Made by a program: the position numbers and the translations under genes
Shown here: one piece after another, positions 35,601 through 50,600 of the stretch
Numbering within the stretch: the first letter of the stretch is position 1
Layout of the letters: the number at the start of each line of letters is the position of its first letter
Notes under the pieces: model-generated
Told to the model about the DNA's origin: nothing
Seen by the model: the letters and a program-made list of their open reading frames with translations, nothing else
Database searches by the model: none
NCBI GenBank assembly: GCA_051362555.1
Contig: CM120641.1
Span: 28,340,401-28,404,400, forward strand
Length of the DNA stretch: 64,000 bases
Direction: 5' to 3'
DNA from: Lingula anatina
Lineage: Eukaryota; Animalia; Brachiopoda

Positions 35601-38600
35601 GATGAGCGACCCCACCAGGACATGGACTTCACTCTTGGATCCAAGCTAAGGTTAGTAAATTTTATTTTTTTTGGTAGTGGGATGGGTAAATTGAAAATAT
35701 GTAACCTTGTTTTTTATTTCTTTTTACAGGATAAAGAAGATGATGAGCAAACCCCACCCGGACATGGACTTCACTCTTGGATCTAAGCTAAGGTTAGTAA
35801 ATTTTATTTTAAGGGGGTAGTGGGATTGTTAATTTGAAAAAATCTAATCTAGTTTTTCATTTACTTTTACAGGACAAAGAAGATGATGAGCGACCCCACC
35901 CGGACATGGACTTCACTCTTGGATCCAAGCTAAGGTTAGTAAATTTTATTTTAAGGGGGTAGTGGGATTGTTAATTTGAAAAAATCTAATCTAGTTTTTC
36001 ATTGACTTTTGCAGGACAAAGAAGATGATGAGCGACCCCACCCGGATATGGACTTCACTCTTGGATCCAAGCTAAGGTTAGTAAATTTTATTTTTGTGGG
36101 TTAGTGGGATGGTTAAATTGAAAAATTCTAATCTAGTTTTACATTTCTTTTTACAGGACAAAGAAGATGATGAGCGACCCCACCCGGACATGGACTTCAC
36201 TTTTGAATCCAAGCTAAGGTTAGTAAATTTTATTTTTCTTTGGTGGTGGGATGGGTAATTTGAAAATATCTTATCTTGTTTTTCATTTCTTTTTACAGGA
36301 CAAAGAAGATGGTGAGCGACCCCACCCGGAACATGGACTTCACTCTTGGATCCAAGCTAAGGTTAGTAAATTTTATTTTAAGGGGGTAGTGGGATTGTTA
36401 ATTTGAAAAAATCTAATCTAGTTTTTCATTTACTTTTACAGGACAAAGAAGATGATGAGCGACCCCAGCAGGACATGGACTTCACTCTTGGATCCAAGCT
36501 AAGGTTAGTAAATTTTATTTTAAGGGGGTAGTGGGATTGTTAATTTGAAAAAATCTAATCTAGTTTTTCATTGACTTTTACAGGACAAAGAAGATGATGA
36601 GCGACCCCACCCGGATATGGACTTCACTCTTGGATCCAAGCTAAGGTTAGTAAATTTTATTTTAAGGGGGTAGTGGGATGGTTAAATTGAAAAAATCTAA
36701 TCTAGTTTTTCATTTACTTTTATAGGACAAAGAAGATGATGAGCGACCCCACCCGGACATGGACTTCACTCTTGGATCTAAGCTAAGGTTAGTAAATTTT
36801 ATTTTTCTTTGGTGGTAGGATGGGTAATTTGAAAATATCTTATCTTGTTTTTCATTTCTTTTTACAGGACAAAGAAGATGCTGAGTGACCCCACCCGGAA
36901 CATGGACTTCACTCTTGGATCCAAGCTAAGGTTAGTAAATTTCATTTTTTTGGGGGTAGTGGGATGGTTAAATTGAAAATATCTAACCTTGTTTTTTATT
37001 TCTTTTTACAGGATAAAGAAGATGATGAGCAACCCCGACCGGACATGGACTTCACTCTTGGATCCAAGCTAAGGTTAGTAAATTTTATTTTTTGGGGGGT
37101 AGTGGGATGGTTAAATTGAAAAAGTCTAATCTTGTTTTTCATTTCTTTTTACAGGACAAAGAAGACGATGAGCGACCCCAGCAGGACATGGACTTCACTC
37201 TTGGATCCAAGCTAAGGTTAGTGAATTTTATTTTTTTGGGGGGTAGTGGGATGGTTAAATTGAAAAAATCTAATCTTGTTTTTCATTTCTTTTTACAGGA
37301 CAAAGAAGACGATGAGCCACCCCACCAGGACATGGACTTCACTCTTGGATCCAAGCTAAGGTTAGTAAATTTTTTTTTTTGGTAGTGGGATGGGTAAATT
37401 GAAAATATCTAACCTTGTTTTTTATTTCTTTTTACAGGACAAAGAAGATGATGAGCAACCCCACCCGGACATGGACTTCACTCTTGGATCTGAGCTAAGG
37501 TTAGTAAATTTTATTTTAAGGGGATAGTGGGATTGTTAATTTGAAAAAATCTAATCTAGTTTTTCATTTACTTTTACAGGACAAAGAAGTTGATGAGCGA
37601 CCCCACCCGGACATGGACTTCACTCTTGGATCCAAGCTAAGGTTAGTAAATTTTTTTTTTTTGGTAGTGGGATGGGTAAATTGAAAAAATCTAATCTACT
37701 TTTTCATTTCTTTTTACAGGACAAAGAAGACGATGAGCAACCCCACCAGGACATGGACTTCACTCTTGGATCCAAGCTAAGGTTAGTAAATTTTATTTTT
37801 TTTTGGTAGTGGGATGGGTAAATTGAAAATATCTAACCTTGTTTTTCATTTCTTTTTACAGGACAAAGAAGATGATCAGCAACCCCACCCGGACATGGAC
37901 TTCACTCTTGGATCTGAGCTAAGGTTAGTAAATTTTATTTTTGTTTGGTGGTAGGATGGTTAATTTGAAAATATCTTATCTAGTTTTTCATTTACTTTTA
38001 CAGGACAAAGAAGTTGATGAGCGACCCCACCCGGACATGGACTTCACTCTTGGATCCAAGCTAGGGTTAGTAAATTTTATTTTATGGGGGTAGTGGGATG
38101 GTTAAATTGAAAAAATCTAATCTACTTTTTCATTTCTTTTTACAGGACAAAGAAGATGATGAGCAACCCCACCCGGACATGGACTTCACTCTTGGATCCA
38201 AGCTAAGGTTAGTAAATTTTATTTTTGTGGGTTAGTGGGATGGTTAAATTGAAAAATTCTAATCTAGTTTTTCATTTCTTTTTACAGGACAAAGAAGATG
38301 ATGAGCGACCCTACCCGGACATGGACTTCATTCTTGAATCCAAGCTAAGGTTAGTAAATTTTATTTTTCTTTGGTTGTGGGATGGGTAATTTGAAAATAT
38401 CTTATCTTGTTTTTCATTTCTTTTTACAGGACAAAGAAGATGATGAGCGACCCCACCCGGAACATGGACTTCACTCTTGGATCCAAGCTAAGGTTAGTAA
38501 ATTTTATTTTTTGGGGGGTAGTGGGATGGTTAAATTGAAAAAATCTAATCTTGTTTTTCATTTTTTTTTACAGGACAAAGAAGACGATGAGCGACCCCAG

Positions 38601-41600
38601 CAGGACATGGACTTCACTCTTGGATCCAAGCTAAGGTTAGTAAATTTTTTTTTTGGTAGTGGGATGGGTAAATTGAAAATATCTAACCTTGTTTTTCATT
38701 TCTTTTTACAGGACAAAGAAGATGATGTGCAACCCCACCCGGACATGGACTTCACTCTTGGATCCAAGCTAAGGTTAGTAAATTTTATTTTAAGGGGGTA
38801 GTGGGATTGTTAATTTGAAAAAATCTAATCTAGTTTTTCATTTACTTTTATAGGACAAAGAAGACGATGAGCAACCCCACCAGGACATGGACTTCACTCT
38901 TGGATCCAAGCTAAGGTTAGTAAATTTTATTTTTTTTGGTAGTGGGATGGGTAAATTGAAAATATCTAACCTTGTTTTTCATTTCTTTTTACAGGACAAA
39001 GAAGATGATCAGCAACCCCACCCGGACATGGACTTCACTCTTGGATCCAAGCTAAGGTTAGTAAATTTTATTTTTGTTTGGTGGTAGGATGGTTAATTTG
39101 AAAATATCTTATCTTGTTTTTCATTTCTTTTTACAGGACAAAGAAGATGCTGAGTGACCCCACCCGGAACATGGACTTCACTCTTGGATCCAAGCTAAGG
39201 TTAGTAAATTTTATTTTATGGGGGTAGTGGGATGGTTAAATTGAAAAAATCTAATCTAGTTTTTCATTTCTTTTTACTGGACAAAGAAGATGATGAGCGA
39301 CCCCACCCGGACATGGACTTCACTCTTGGATCCAATCTAAGGTTAGTAAATTTTATTTTTCTTTGGTGGTGGGATGGGTTATTTGAAAATATCTTATCTT
39401 GCTTTTCATTTCTTTTTACAGGACAAAGAAGATGATGAGCGACCCCACCCGGAACATGGACTTCACTCTTGGATCCAAGCTAAGGTTAGTGAATTTTATT
39501 TTTTTGGGGGGTAGTGGGATGGTTAAATTGAAAAAATCTAATCTTGTTTTTCATTTCTTTTTACAGGACAAAGAAGACGATGAGCCACCCCACCAGGACA
39601 TGGACTTCACTCTTGGATCCAAGCTAAGGTTAGTAAATTTTTTTTTTTTGGTAGTGGGATGGGTAAATTGAAAATATCTAACCTTGTTTTTTATTTCTTT
39701 TTACAGGACAAAGAAGATGATGAGCAACCCCACCCGGACATGGACTTCACTCTTGGATCTGAGCTAAGGTTAGTAAATTTTATTTTAAGGGGGTAGTGGG
39801 ATTGTTAATTTGAAAAAATCTAATCTAGTTTTTCATTTACTTTTACAGGACAAAGAAGTTGATGAGCGACCCCACCCGGACATGGACTTCACTCTTGGAT
39901 CCAAGCTAAGGTTAGTAAATTTTTTTTTTTTGGTAGTGGGATGGGTAAATTGAAAAAATCTAATCTACTTTTTCATTTCTTTTTACAGGACAAAGAAGAT
40001 GATGAGCAACCCCACCCGGACATGGACTTCACTCTTGGATCCAAGCTAAGGTTAGTAAATTTTATTTTTGTGGGTTAGTGGGATGGTTAAATTGAAAAAT
40101 TCTAATCTAGTTTTTCATTTCTTTTTACAGGACAAAGAAGATGATGAGCGACCCTACCCGGACATGGACTTCACTCTTGAATCCAAGCTAAGGTTAGTAA
40201 ATTTTATTTTTCTTTGGTGGTGGGATGGGTAATTTGAAAATATCTTATCTTGTTTTTCATTTCTTTTTACAGGACAAAGAAGATGATGAGCGACCCCACC
40301 CGGAACATGGACTTCACTCTTGGATCCAAGCTAAGGTTAGTAAATTTTATTTTTTGGGGGGTAGTGGGATGGTTAAATTGAAAAAGTCTAATCTTGTTTT
40401 TCATTTCTTTTTACAGGACAAAGAAGACGATGAGCGACCCCAGCAGGACATGGACTTCACTCTTGGATCCAAGCTAAGGTTAGTAAATTTTTTTTTTGGT
40501 AGTGGGATGGGTAAATTGAAAATATCTAACCTTGTTTTTCATTTCTTTTTACAGGACAAAGAAGATGATGAGCAACACCACCCGGACATGGACTTCACTC
40601 TTGGATCCAAGCTAAGGTTAGTAAATTTTATTTTAAGGGGGTAGTGGGATTGTTAATTTGAAAAAATCTAATCTAGTTTTTCATTTACTTTTATAGGACA
40701 AAGAAGACGATGAGCAACCCCACAAGGACATGGACTTCACTCTTGGATCCAAGCTAAGGTTAGTAAATTTTATTTTTTTTGGTAGTGGGATGGGTAAATT
40801 GAAAATATCTAACCTTGTTTTTCATTTCTTTTTACAGGACAAAGAAGATGATCAGCAACCCCACCCGGACATGGACTTCACTCTTGGATCCAAGCTAAGG
40901 TTAGTAAATTTTATTTTTGTTTGGTGGTAGGATGGTTAATTTGAAAATATCTTATCTTGTTTTTCATTTCTTTTTACAGGACAAAGAAGATGCTGAGTGA
41001 CCCCACCCGGAACATGGACTTCACTCTTGGATCCAAGCTAAGGTTAGTAAATTTTATTTTATGGGGGTAGTGGGATGGTTAAATTGAAAAAATCTAATCT
41101 AGTTTTTCATTTCTTTTTACTGGACAAAGAAGATGATGAGCGACCCCACCCGGACATGGACTTCACTCTTGGATCCAATCTAAGGTTAGTAAATTTCATT
41201 TTTCTTTGGTGGTGGGATGGGTTATTTGAAAATATCTTATCTTGCTTTTCATTTCTTTTTACAGGACAAAGAAGATGATGAGCGACCCCACCCGGAACAT
41301 GGACTTCACTCTTGGATCCAAGCTAAGGTTAGTGAATTTTATTTTTTTGGGGGGTAGTGGGATGGTTAAATTGAAAAAATCTAATCTTGTTTTTCATTTC
41401 TTTTTACAGGACAAAGAAGATGATGAGCCACCCCACCAGGACATGGACTTCACTCTTGGATCCAAGCTAAGGTTAGTAAATTTTATTTTTTTTGGTAGTG
41501 GGATGGGTAAATTGAAAATATCTAACCTTGTTTTTTATTTCTTTTTACAGGACAAAGAAGATGATGAGCAACCCCACCCGGACATGGACTTCACTCTTGG

Positions 41601-44600
41601 ATCTGAGCTAAGGTTAGTAAATTTTATTTTAAGGGGGTAGTGGGATTGTTAATTTGAAAAAATCTAATCTAGTTTTTCATTTACTTTTACAGGACAAAGA
41701 AGATGATGAGCGACCCCACCCGGACATGGACTTCACTCTTGGATCCAAGCTAGGGTTAGTAAATTTTATTTTATGGGGGTAGTGGGATGGTTAAATTGAA
41801 AAAATCTAATCTACTTTTTCATTTCTTTTTACAGGACAAAGAAGATGATGAGCAACCCCACCCGGACATGGACTTCACTCTTGGATCCAAGCTAAGGTTA
41901 GTAAATTTTATTTTTGTGGGTTAGTGGGATGGTTAAATTGAAAAATTCTAATCTAGTTTTTCATTTCTTTTTACAGGACAAAGAAGATGATGAGCGACCC
42001 TACCCGGACATGGACTTCACTCTTGAATCCAAGCTAAGGTTAGTAAATTTTATTTTTCTTTGGTGGTGGGATGGGTAATTTGAAAATATCTTATCTTGTT
42101 TTTCATTTCTTTTTACAGGACAAAGAAGATGCTGAGTGACCCCACCCGGAACATGGACTTCACTCTTGGATCCAAGCTAAGGTTAGTAAATTTCATTTTT
42201 TTGGGGGTAGTGGGATGGTTAAATTGAAAATATCTAACCTTGTTTTTTATTTCTTTTTACAGGATAAAGAAGATGATGAGCAACCCCGACCGGACATGGA
42301 CTTCACTCTTGGATCCAAGCTAAGGTTAGTAAATTTTATTTTTTGGGGGGTAGTGGGATGGTTAAATTGAAAAAGTCTAATCTTGTTTTTCATTTCTTTT
42401 TACAGGACAAAGAAGACGATGAGCGACCCCAGCAGGACATGGACTTCACTCTTGGATCCAAGCTAAGGTTAGTGAATTTTATTTTTTTGGGGGGTAGTGG
42501 GATGGTTAAATTGAAAAAATCTAATCTTGTTTTTCATTTCTTTTTACAGGACAAAGAAGACGATGAGCCACCCCACCAGGACATGGACTTCACTCTTGGA
42601 TCCAAGCTAAGGTTAGTAAATTTTTTTTTTTGGTAGTGGGATGGGTAAATTGAAAATATCTAACCTTGTTTTTTATTTCTTTTTACAGGACAAAGAAGAT
42701 GATGAGCAACCCCACCCGGACATGGACTTCACTCTTGGATCTGAGCTAAGGTTAGTAAATTTTATTTTAAGGGGATAGTGGGATTGTTAATTTGAAAAAA
42801 TCTAATCTAGTTTTTCATTTACTTTTACAGGACAAAGAAGTTGATGAGCGACCCCACCCGGACATGGACTTCACTCTTGGATCCAAGCTAAGGTTAGTAA
42901 ATTTTTTTTTTTTGGTAGTGGGATGGGTAAATTGAAAAAATCTAATCTACTTTTTCATTTCTTTTTACAGGACAAAGAAGACGATGAGCAACCCCACCAG
43001 GACATGGACTTCACTCTTGGATCCAAGCTAAGGTTAGTAAATTTTATTTTTTTTTGGTAGTGGGATGGGTAAATTGAAAATATCTAACCTTGTTTTTCAT
43101 TTCTTTTTACAGGACAAAGAAGATGATCAGCAACCCCACCCGGACATGGACTTCACTCTTGGATCTGAGCTAAGGTTAGTAAATTTTATTTTTGTTTGGT
43201 GGTAGGATGGTTAATTTGAAAATATCTTATCTAGTTTTTCATTTACTTTTACAGGACAAAGAAGTTGATGAGCGACCCCACCCGGACATGGACTTCACTC
43301 TTGGATCCAAGCTAGGGTTAGTAAATTTTATTTTATGGGGGTAGTGGGATGGTTAAATTGAAAAAATCTAATCTACTTTTTCATTTCTTTTTACAGGACA
43401 AAGAAGATGATGAGCAACCCCACCCGGACATGGACTTCACTCTTGGATCCAAGCTAAGGTTAGTAAATTTTATTTTTGTGGGTTAGTGGGATGGTTAAAT
43501 TGAAAAATTCTAATCTAGTTTTTCATTTCTTTTTACAGGACAAAGAAGATGATGAGCGACCCTACCCGGACATGGACTTCATTCTTGAATCCAAGCTAAG
43601 GTTAGTAAATTTTATTTTTCTTTGGTTGTGGGATGGGTAATTTGAAAATATCTTATCTTGTTTTTCATTTCTTTTTACAGGACAAAGAAGATGATGAGCG
43701 ACCCCACCCGGAACATGGACTTCACTCTTGGATCCAAGCTAAGGTTAGTAAATTTTATTTTTTGGGGGGTAGTGGGATGGTTAAATTGAAAAAATCTAAT
43801 CTTGTTTTTCATTTTTTTTTACAGGACAAAGAAGACGATGAGCGACCCCAGCAGGACATGGACTTCACTCTTGGATCCAAGCTAAGGTTAGTAAATTTTT
43901 TTTTTGGTAGTGGGATGGGTAAATTGAAAATATCTAACCTTGTTTTTCATTTCTTTTTACAGGACAAAGAAGATGATGTGCAACCCCACCCGGACATGGA
44001 CTTCACTCTTGGATCCAAGCTAAGGTTAGTAAATTTTATTTTAAGGGGGTAGTGGGATTGTTAATTTGAAAAAATCTAATCTAGTTTTTCATTTACTTTT
44101 ATAGGACAAAGAAGACGATGAGCAACCCCACCAGGACATGGACTTCACTCTTGGATCCAAGCTAAGGTTAGTAAATTTTATTTTTTTTGGTAGTGGGATG
44201 GGTAAATTGAAAATATCTAACCTTGTTTTTCATTTCTTTTTACAGGACAAAGAAGATGATCAGCAACCCCACCCGGACATGGACTTCACTCTTGGATCCA
44301 AGCTAAGGTTAGTAAATTTTATTTTTGTTTGGTGGTAGGATGGTTAATTTGAAAATATCTTATCTTGTTTTTCATTTCTTTTTACAGGACAAAGAAGATG
44401 CTGAGTGACCCCACCCGGAACATGGACTTCACTCTTGGATCCAAGCTAAGGTTAGTAAATTTTATTTTATGGGGGTAGTGGGATGGTTAAATTGAAAAAA
44501 TCTAATCTAGTTTTTCATTTCTTTTTACTGGACAAAGAAGATGATGAGCGACCCCACCCGGACATGGACTTCACTCTTGGATCCAATCTAAGGTTAGTAA

Positions 44601-47600
44601 ATTTTATTTTTCTTTGGTGGTGGGATGGGTTATTTGAAAATATCTTATCTTGCTTTTCATTTCTTTTTACAGGACAAAGAAGATGATGAGCGACCCCACC
44701 CGGAACATGGACTTCACTCTTGGATCCAAGCTAAGGTTAGTGAATTTTATTTTTTTGGGGGGTAGTGGGATGGTTAAATTGAAAAAATCTAATCTTGTTT
44801 TTCATTTCTTTTTACAGGACAAAGAAGACGATGAGCCACCCCACCAGGACATGGACTTCACTCTTGGATCCAAGCTAAGGTTAGTAAATTTTTTTTTTTT
44901 GGTAGTGGGATGGGTAAATTGAAAATATCTAACCTTGTTTTTTATTTCTTTTTACAGGACAAAGAAGATGATGAGCAACCCCACCCGGACATGGACTTCA
45001 CTCTTGGATCTGAGCTAAGGTTAGTAAATTTTATTTTAAGGGGGTAGTGGGATTGTTAATTTGAAAAAATCTAATCTAGTTTTTCATTTACTTTTACAGG
45101 ACAAAGAAGTTGATGAGCGACCCCACCCGGACATGGACTTCACTCTTGGATCCAAGCTAAGGTTAGTAAATTTTTTTTTTTTGGTAGTGGGATGGGTAAA
45201 TTGAAAAAATCTAATCTACTTTTTCATTTCTTTTTACAGGACAAAGAAGATGATGAGCAACCCCACCCGGACATGGACTTCACTCTTGGATCCAAGCTAA
45301 GGTTAGTAAATTTTATTTTTGTGGGTTAGTGGGATGGTTAAATTGAAAAATTCTAATCTAGTTTTTCATTTCTTTTTACAGGACAAAGAAGATGATGAGC
45401 GACCCTACCCGGACATGGACTTCACTCTTGAATCCAAGCTAAGGTTAGTAAATTTTATTTTTCTTTGGTGGTGGGATGGGTAATTTGAAAATATCTTATC
45501 TTGTTTTTCATTTCTTTTTACAGGACAAAGAAGATGATGAGCGACCCCACCCGGAACATGGACTTCACTCTTGGATCCAAGCTAAGGTTAGTAAATTTTA
45601 TTTTTTGGGGGGTAGTGGGATGGTTAAATTGAAAAAGTCTAATCTTGTTTTTCATTTCTTTTTACAGGACAAAGAAGACGATGAGCGACCCCAGCAGGAC
45701 ATGGACTTCACTCTTGGATCCAAGCTAAGGTTAGTAAATTTTTTTTTTGGTAGTGGGATGGGTAAATTGAAAATATCTAACCTTGTTTTTCATTTCTTTT
45801 TACAGGACAAAGAAGATGATGAGCAACACCACCCGGACATGGACTTCACTCTTGGATCCAAGCTAAGGTTAGTAAATTTTATTTTAAGGGGGTAGTGGGA
45901 TTGTTAATTTGAAAAAATCTAATCTAGTTTTTCATTTACTTTTATAGGACAAAGAAGACGATGAGCAACCCCACAAGGACATGGACTTCACTCTTGGATC
46001 CAAGCTAAGGTTAGTAAATTTTATTTTTTTTGGTAGTGGGATGGGTAAATTGAAAATATCTAACCTTGTTTTTCATTTCTTTTTACAGGACAAAGAAGAT
46101 GATCAGCAACCCCACCCGGACATGGACTTCACTCTTGGATCCAAGCTAAGGTTAGTAAATTTTATTTTTGTTTGGTGGTAGGATGGTTAATTTGAAAATA
46201 TCTTATCTTGTTTTTCATTTCTTTTTACAGGACAAAGAAGATGCTGAGTGACCCCACCCGGAACATGGACTTCACTCTTGGATCCAAGCTAAGGTTAGTA
46301 AATTTTATTTTATGGGGGTAGTGGGATGGTTAAATTGAAAAAATCTAATCTAGTTTTTCATTTCTTTTTACTGGACAAAGAAGATGATGAGCGACCCCAC
46401 CCGGACATGGACTTCACTCTTGGATCCAATCTAAGGTTAGTAAATTTCATTTTTCTTTGGTGGTGGGATGGGTTATTTGAAAATATCTTATCTTGCTTTT
46501 CATTTCTTTTTACAGGACAAAGAAGATGATGAGCGACCCCACCCGGAACATGGACTTCACTCTTGGATCCAAGCTAAGGTTAGTGAATTTTATTTTTTTG
46601 GGGGGTAGTGGGATGGTTAAATTGAAAAAATCTAATCTTGTTTTTCATTTCTTTTTACAGGACAAAGAAGATGATGAGCCACCCCACCAGGACATGGACT
46701 TCACTCTTGGATCCAAGCTAAGGTTAGTAAATTTTATTTTTTTTGGTAGTGGGATGGGTAAATTGAAAATATCTAACCTTGTTTTTTATTTCTTTTTACA
46801 GGACAAAGAAGATGATGAGCAACCCCACCCGGACATGGACTTCACTCTTGGATCTGAGCTAAGGTTAGTAAATTTTATTTTAAGGGGGTAGTGGGATTGT
46901 TAATTTGAAAAAATCTAATCTAGTTTTTCATTTACTTTTACAGGACAAAGAAGATGATGAGCGACCCCACCCGGACATGGACTTCACTCTTGGATCCAAG
47001 CTAGGGTTAGTAAATTTTATTTTATGGGGGTAGTGGGATGGTTAAATTGAAAAAATCTAATCTACTTTTTCATTTCTTTTTACAGGACAAAGAAGATGAT
47101 GAGCAACCCCACCCGGACATGGACTTCACTCTTGGATCCAAGCTAAGGTTAGTAAATTTTATTTTTGTGGGTTAGTGGGATGGTTAAATTGAAAAATTCT
47201 AATCTAGTTTTTCATTTCTTTTTACAGGACAAAGAAGATGATGAGCGACCCTACCCGGACATGGACTTCACTCTTGAATCCAAGCTAAGGTTAGTAAATT
47301 TTATTTTTCTTTGGTGGTGGGATGGGTAATTTGAAAATATCTTATCTTGTTTTTCATTTCTTTTTACAGGACAAAGAAGATGATGAGCGACCCCACCCGG
47401 AACATGGACTTCACTCTTGGATCCAAGCTAAGGTTAGTAAATTTTATTTTTTGGGGGGTAGTGGGATGGTTAAATTGAAAAAATCTAATCTTGTTTTTCA
47501 TTTCTTTTTACAGGACAAAGAAGACGATGAGCGACCCCAGCAGGACATGGACTTCACTCTTGGATCCAAGCTAAGGTTAGTAAATTTTTTTTTTTGGTAG

Positions 47601-50600
47601 TGGGATGGGTAAATTGAAAATATCTAACCTTGTTTTTCATTTCTTTTTACAGGACAAAGAAGATGATGAGCAACCCCACCCGGACATGGACTTCACTCTT
47701 GGATCCAAGCTAAGGTTAGTAAATTTTATTTTAAGGGGGTAGTGGGATTGTTAATTTGAAAAAATCTAATCTAGTTTTTCATTTACTTTTATAGGATAAA
47801 GAAGATGATGAGCGACCCCACCCGGACATAGACTTCACTCTTGGATCTAAGCTAAGGTTAGTAAATTTTATTTTTCTTTGGTGGTAGGATGGGTAATTTG
47901 AAAATATCTTATCTTGTTTTTCATTTCTTTTTACAGGACAAAGAAGATGCTGAGTGACCCCACCCGGAACATGGACTTCACTCTTGGATCCAAGCTAAGG
48001 TTAGTAAATTTTATTTTTTGGGGGGTAGTGGGATGGTTAAATTGAAAAATTCTAATCTAGTTTTTCATTTCTTTTTACATTCTTTTTACAGGACAAAGAA
48101 GATGATGAGCGACCCCACCCGGACATGGACTTCACTCTTGGATCCAAGTTAAGGTTAGTAAATTTTATTTTTTGGGGGGTAGTGGGATGGTTAAATTGAG
48201 AAAATCTAATCTTGTTTTTCATTTCTTTTTACAGGACAAAGAAGACGATGAGCAACCCCACCAGGACATGGACTTCACTCTTGGATCCAAGCTAAGGTTA
48301 GTAAATTTTATTTTTTTTGGTAGTGTGATGGGTAAATTGAAAATATCTAACCTTGTTTTTCATTTCTTTTTACAGGACAAAGAAGATGATGAGCAACCCC
48401 ACCCGGACATGGACTTCACTCTTGGATCCAAGCTAAGGTTAGTAAATTTTATTTTAAGTTGGTAGTGGGATTGTTAATTTGAAAAAATCTAATCTAGTTT
48501 TTCATTTACTTTTACAGGACAAAGAAGATGATGAGCGACCCTACCCGGACATGGACTTCACTCTTGGATCCAAGCTAAGGTTAGTAAATTTTTTTTTTTT
48601 TGGTAGTGGGATGGGTAAATTGAAAAAATCTAATCTACTTTTTCATTTCTTTTTACAGGACAAAGAAGATGATGAGCAACCCCACCCGGACATGGACTTC
48701 ACTCTTGGATCCAAGCTAAGGTTAGTATATTTTATTTTTGTGGGTTAGTGGGATGGTTAAATTGAAAAATTCTAATCTAGTTTTTCATTTCTTTTTACAG
48801 GACAAAGAAGATGATGAGCGACCCTACCCGGACATGGACTTCACTCTTGAATCCAAGCTAAGGTTAGTAAATTTTATTTTTCTTTGGTGGTGGGATGGGT
48901 AATTTGAAAATATCTTATCTTGTTTTTCATTTCTTTTTACAGGACAAAGAAGATGATGAGCGACCCCACCAGGAACATGGACTTCACTCTTGGATCCAAG
49001 CTAAGGTTAGTAAATTTTATTTTTTGGGGGGTAGTGGGATGGTTAAATTGAAAAAGTCTAATCTTGTTTTTCATTTCTTTTTACAGGACAAAGAAGACGA
49101 TGAGCGACCCCAGCAGGACATGGACTTCACTCTTGGATCCAAGCTAAGGTTAGTAAATTTTTTTTTTTGGTAGTGGGATGGGTAAATTGAAAATATCTAA
49201 CCTTGTTTTTCATTTCTTTTTACAGGACAAAGAAGATGATGAGCAACACCACCCGGACATGGACTTCACTCTTGGATCCAAGCTAAGGTTAGTAAATTTT
49301 ATTTTAAGGGGGTAGTGGGATTGTTAATTTGAAAAAATCTAATCTAGTTTTTCATTTACTTTTATAGGACAAAGAAGACGATGAGCAACCCCACAAGGAC
49401 ATGGACTTCACTCTTGGATCCAAGCTAAGGTTAGTAAATTTTATTTTTTTTGGTAGTGGGATGGGTAAATTGAAAATATCTAACCTTGTTTTTCATTTCT
49501 TTTTACAGGACAAAGAAGATGATCAGCAACCCCACCCGGACATGGACTTCACTCTTGGATCCAAGCTAAGGTTAGTAAATTTTATTTTTGTTTGGTGGTA
49601 GGATGGTTAATTTGAAAATATCTTATCTTGTTTTTCATTTCTTTTTACAGGACAAAGAAGATGCTGAGTGACCCCACCCGGAACATGGACTTCACTCTTG
49701 GATCCAAGCTAAGGTTAGTAAATTTTATTTTATGGGGGTAGTGGGATGGTTAAATTGAAAAAATCTAATCTAGTTTTTCATTTCTTTTTACTGGACAAAG
49801 AAGATGATGAGCGACCCCACCCGGACATGGACTTCACTCTTGGATCCAATCTAAGGTTAGTAAATTTCATTTTTCTTTGGTGGTGGGATGGGTTATTTGA
49901 AAATATCTTATCTTGCTTTTCATTTCTTTTTACAGGACAAAGAAGATGATGAGCGACCCCACCCGGAACATGGACTTCACTCTTGGATCCAAGCTAAGGT
50001 TAGTGAATTTTATTTTTTTGGGGGGTAGTGGGATGGTTAAATTGAAAAAATCTAATCTTGTTTTTCATTTCTTTTTACAGGACAAAGAAGATGATGAGCC
50101 ACCCCACCAGGACATGGACTTCACTCTTGGATCCAAGCTAAGGTTAGTAAATTTTATTTTTTTTGGTAGTGGGATGGGTAAATTGAAAATATCTAACCTT
50201 GTTTTTTATTTCTTTTTACAGGACAAAGAAGATGATGAGCAACCCCACCCGGACATGGACTTCACTCTTGGATCTGAGCTAAGGTTAGTAAATTTTATTT
50301 TAAGGGGGTAGTGGGATTGTTAATTTGAAAAAATCTAATCTAGTTTTTCATTTACTTTTACAGGACAAAGAAGATGATGAGCGACCCCACCCGGACATGG
50401 ACTTCACTCTTGGATCCAAGCTAGGGTTAGTAAATTTTATTTTATGGGGGTAGTGGGATGGTTAAATTGAAAAAATCTAATCTACTTTTTCATTTCTTTT
50501 TACAGGACAAAGAAGATGATGAGCAACCCCACCCGGACATGGACTTCACTCTTGGATCCAAGCTAAGGTTAGTAAATTTTATTTTTGTGGGTTAGTGGGA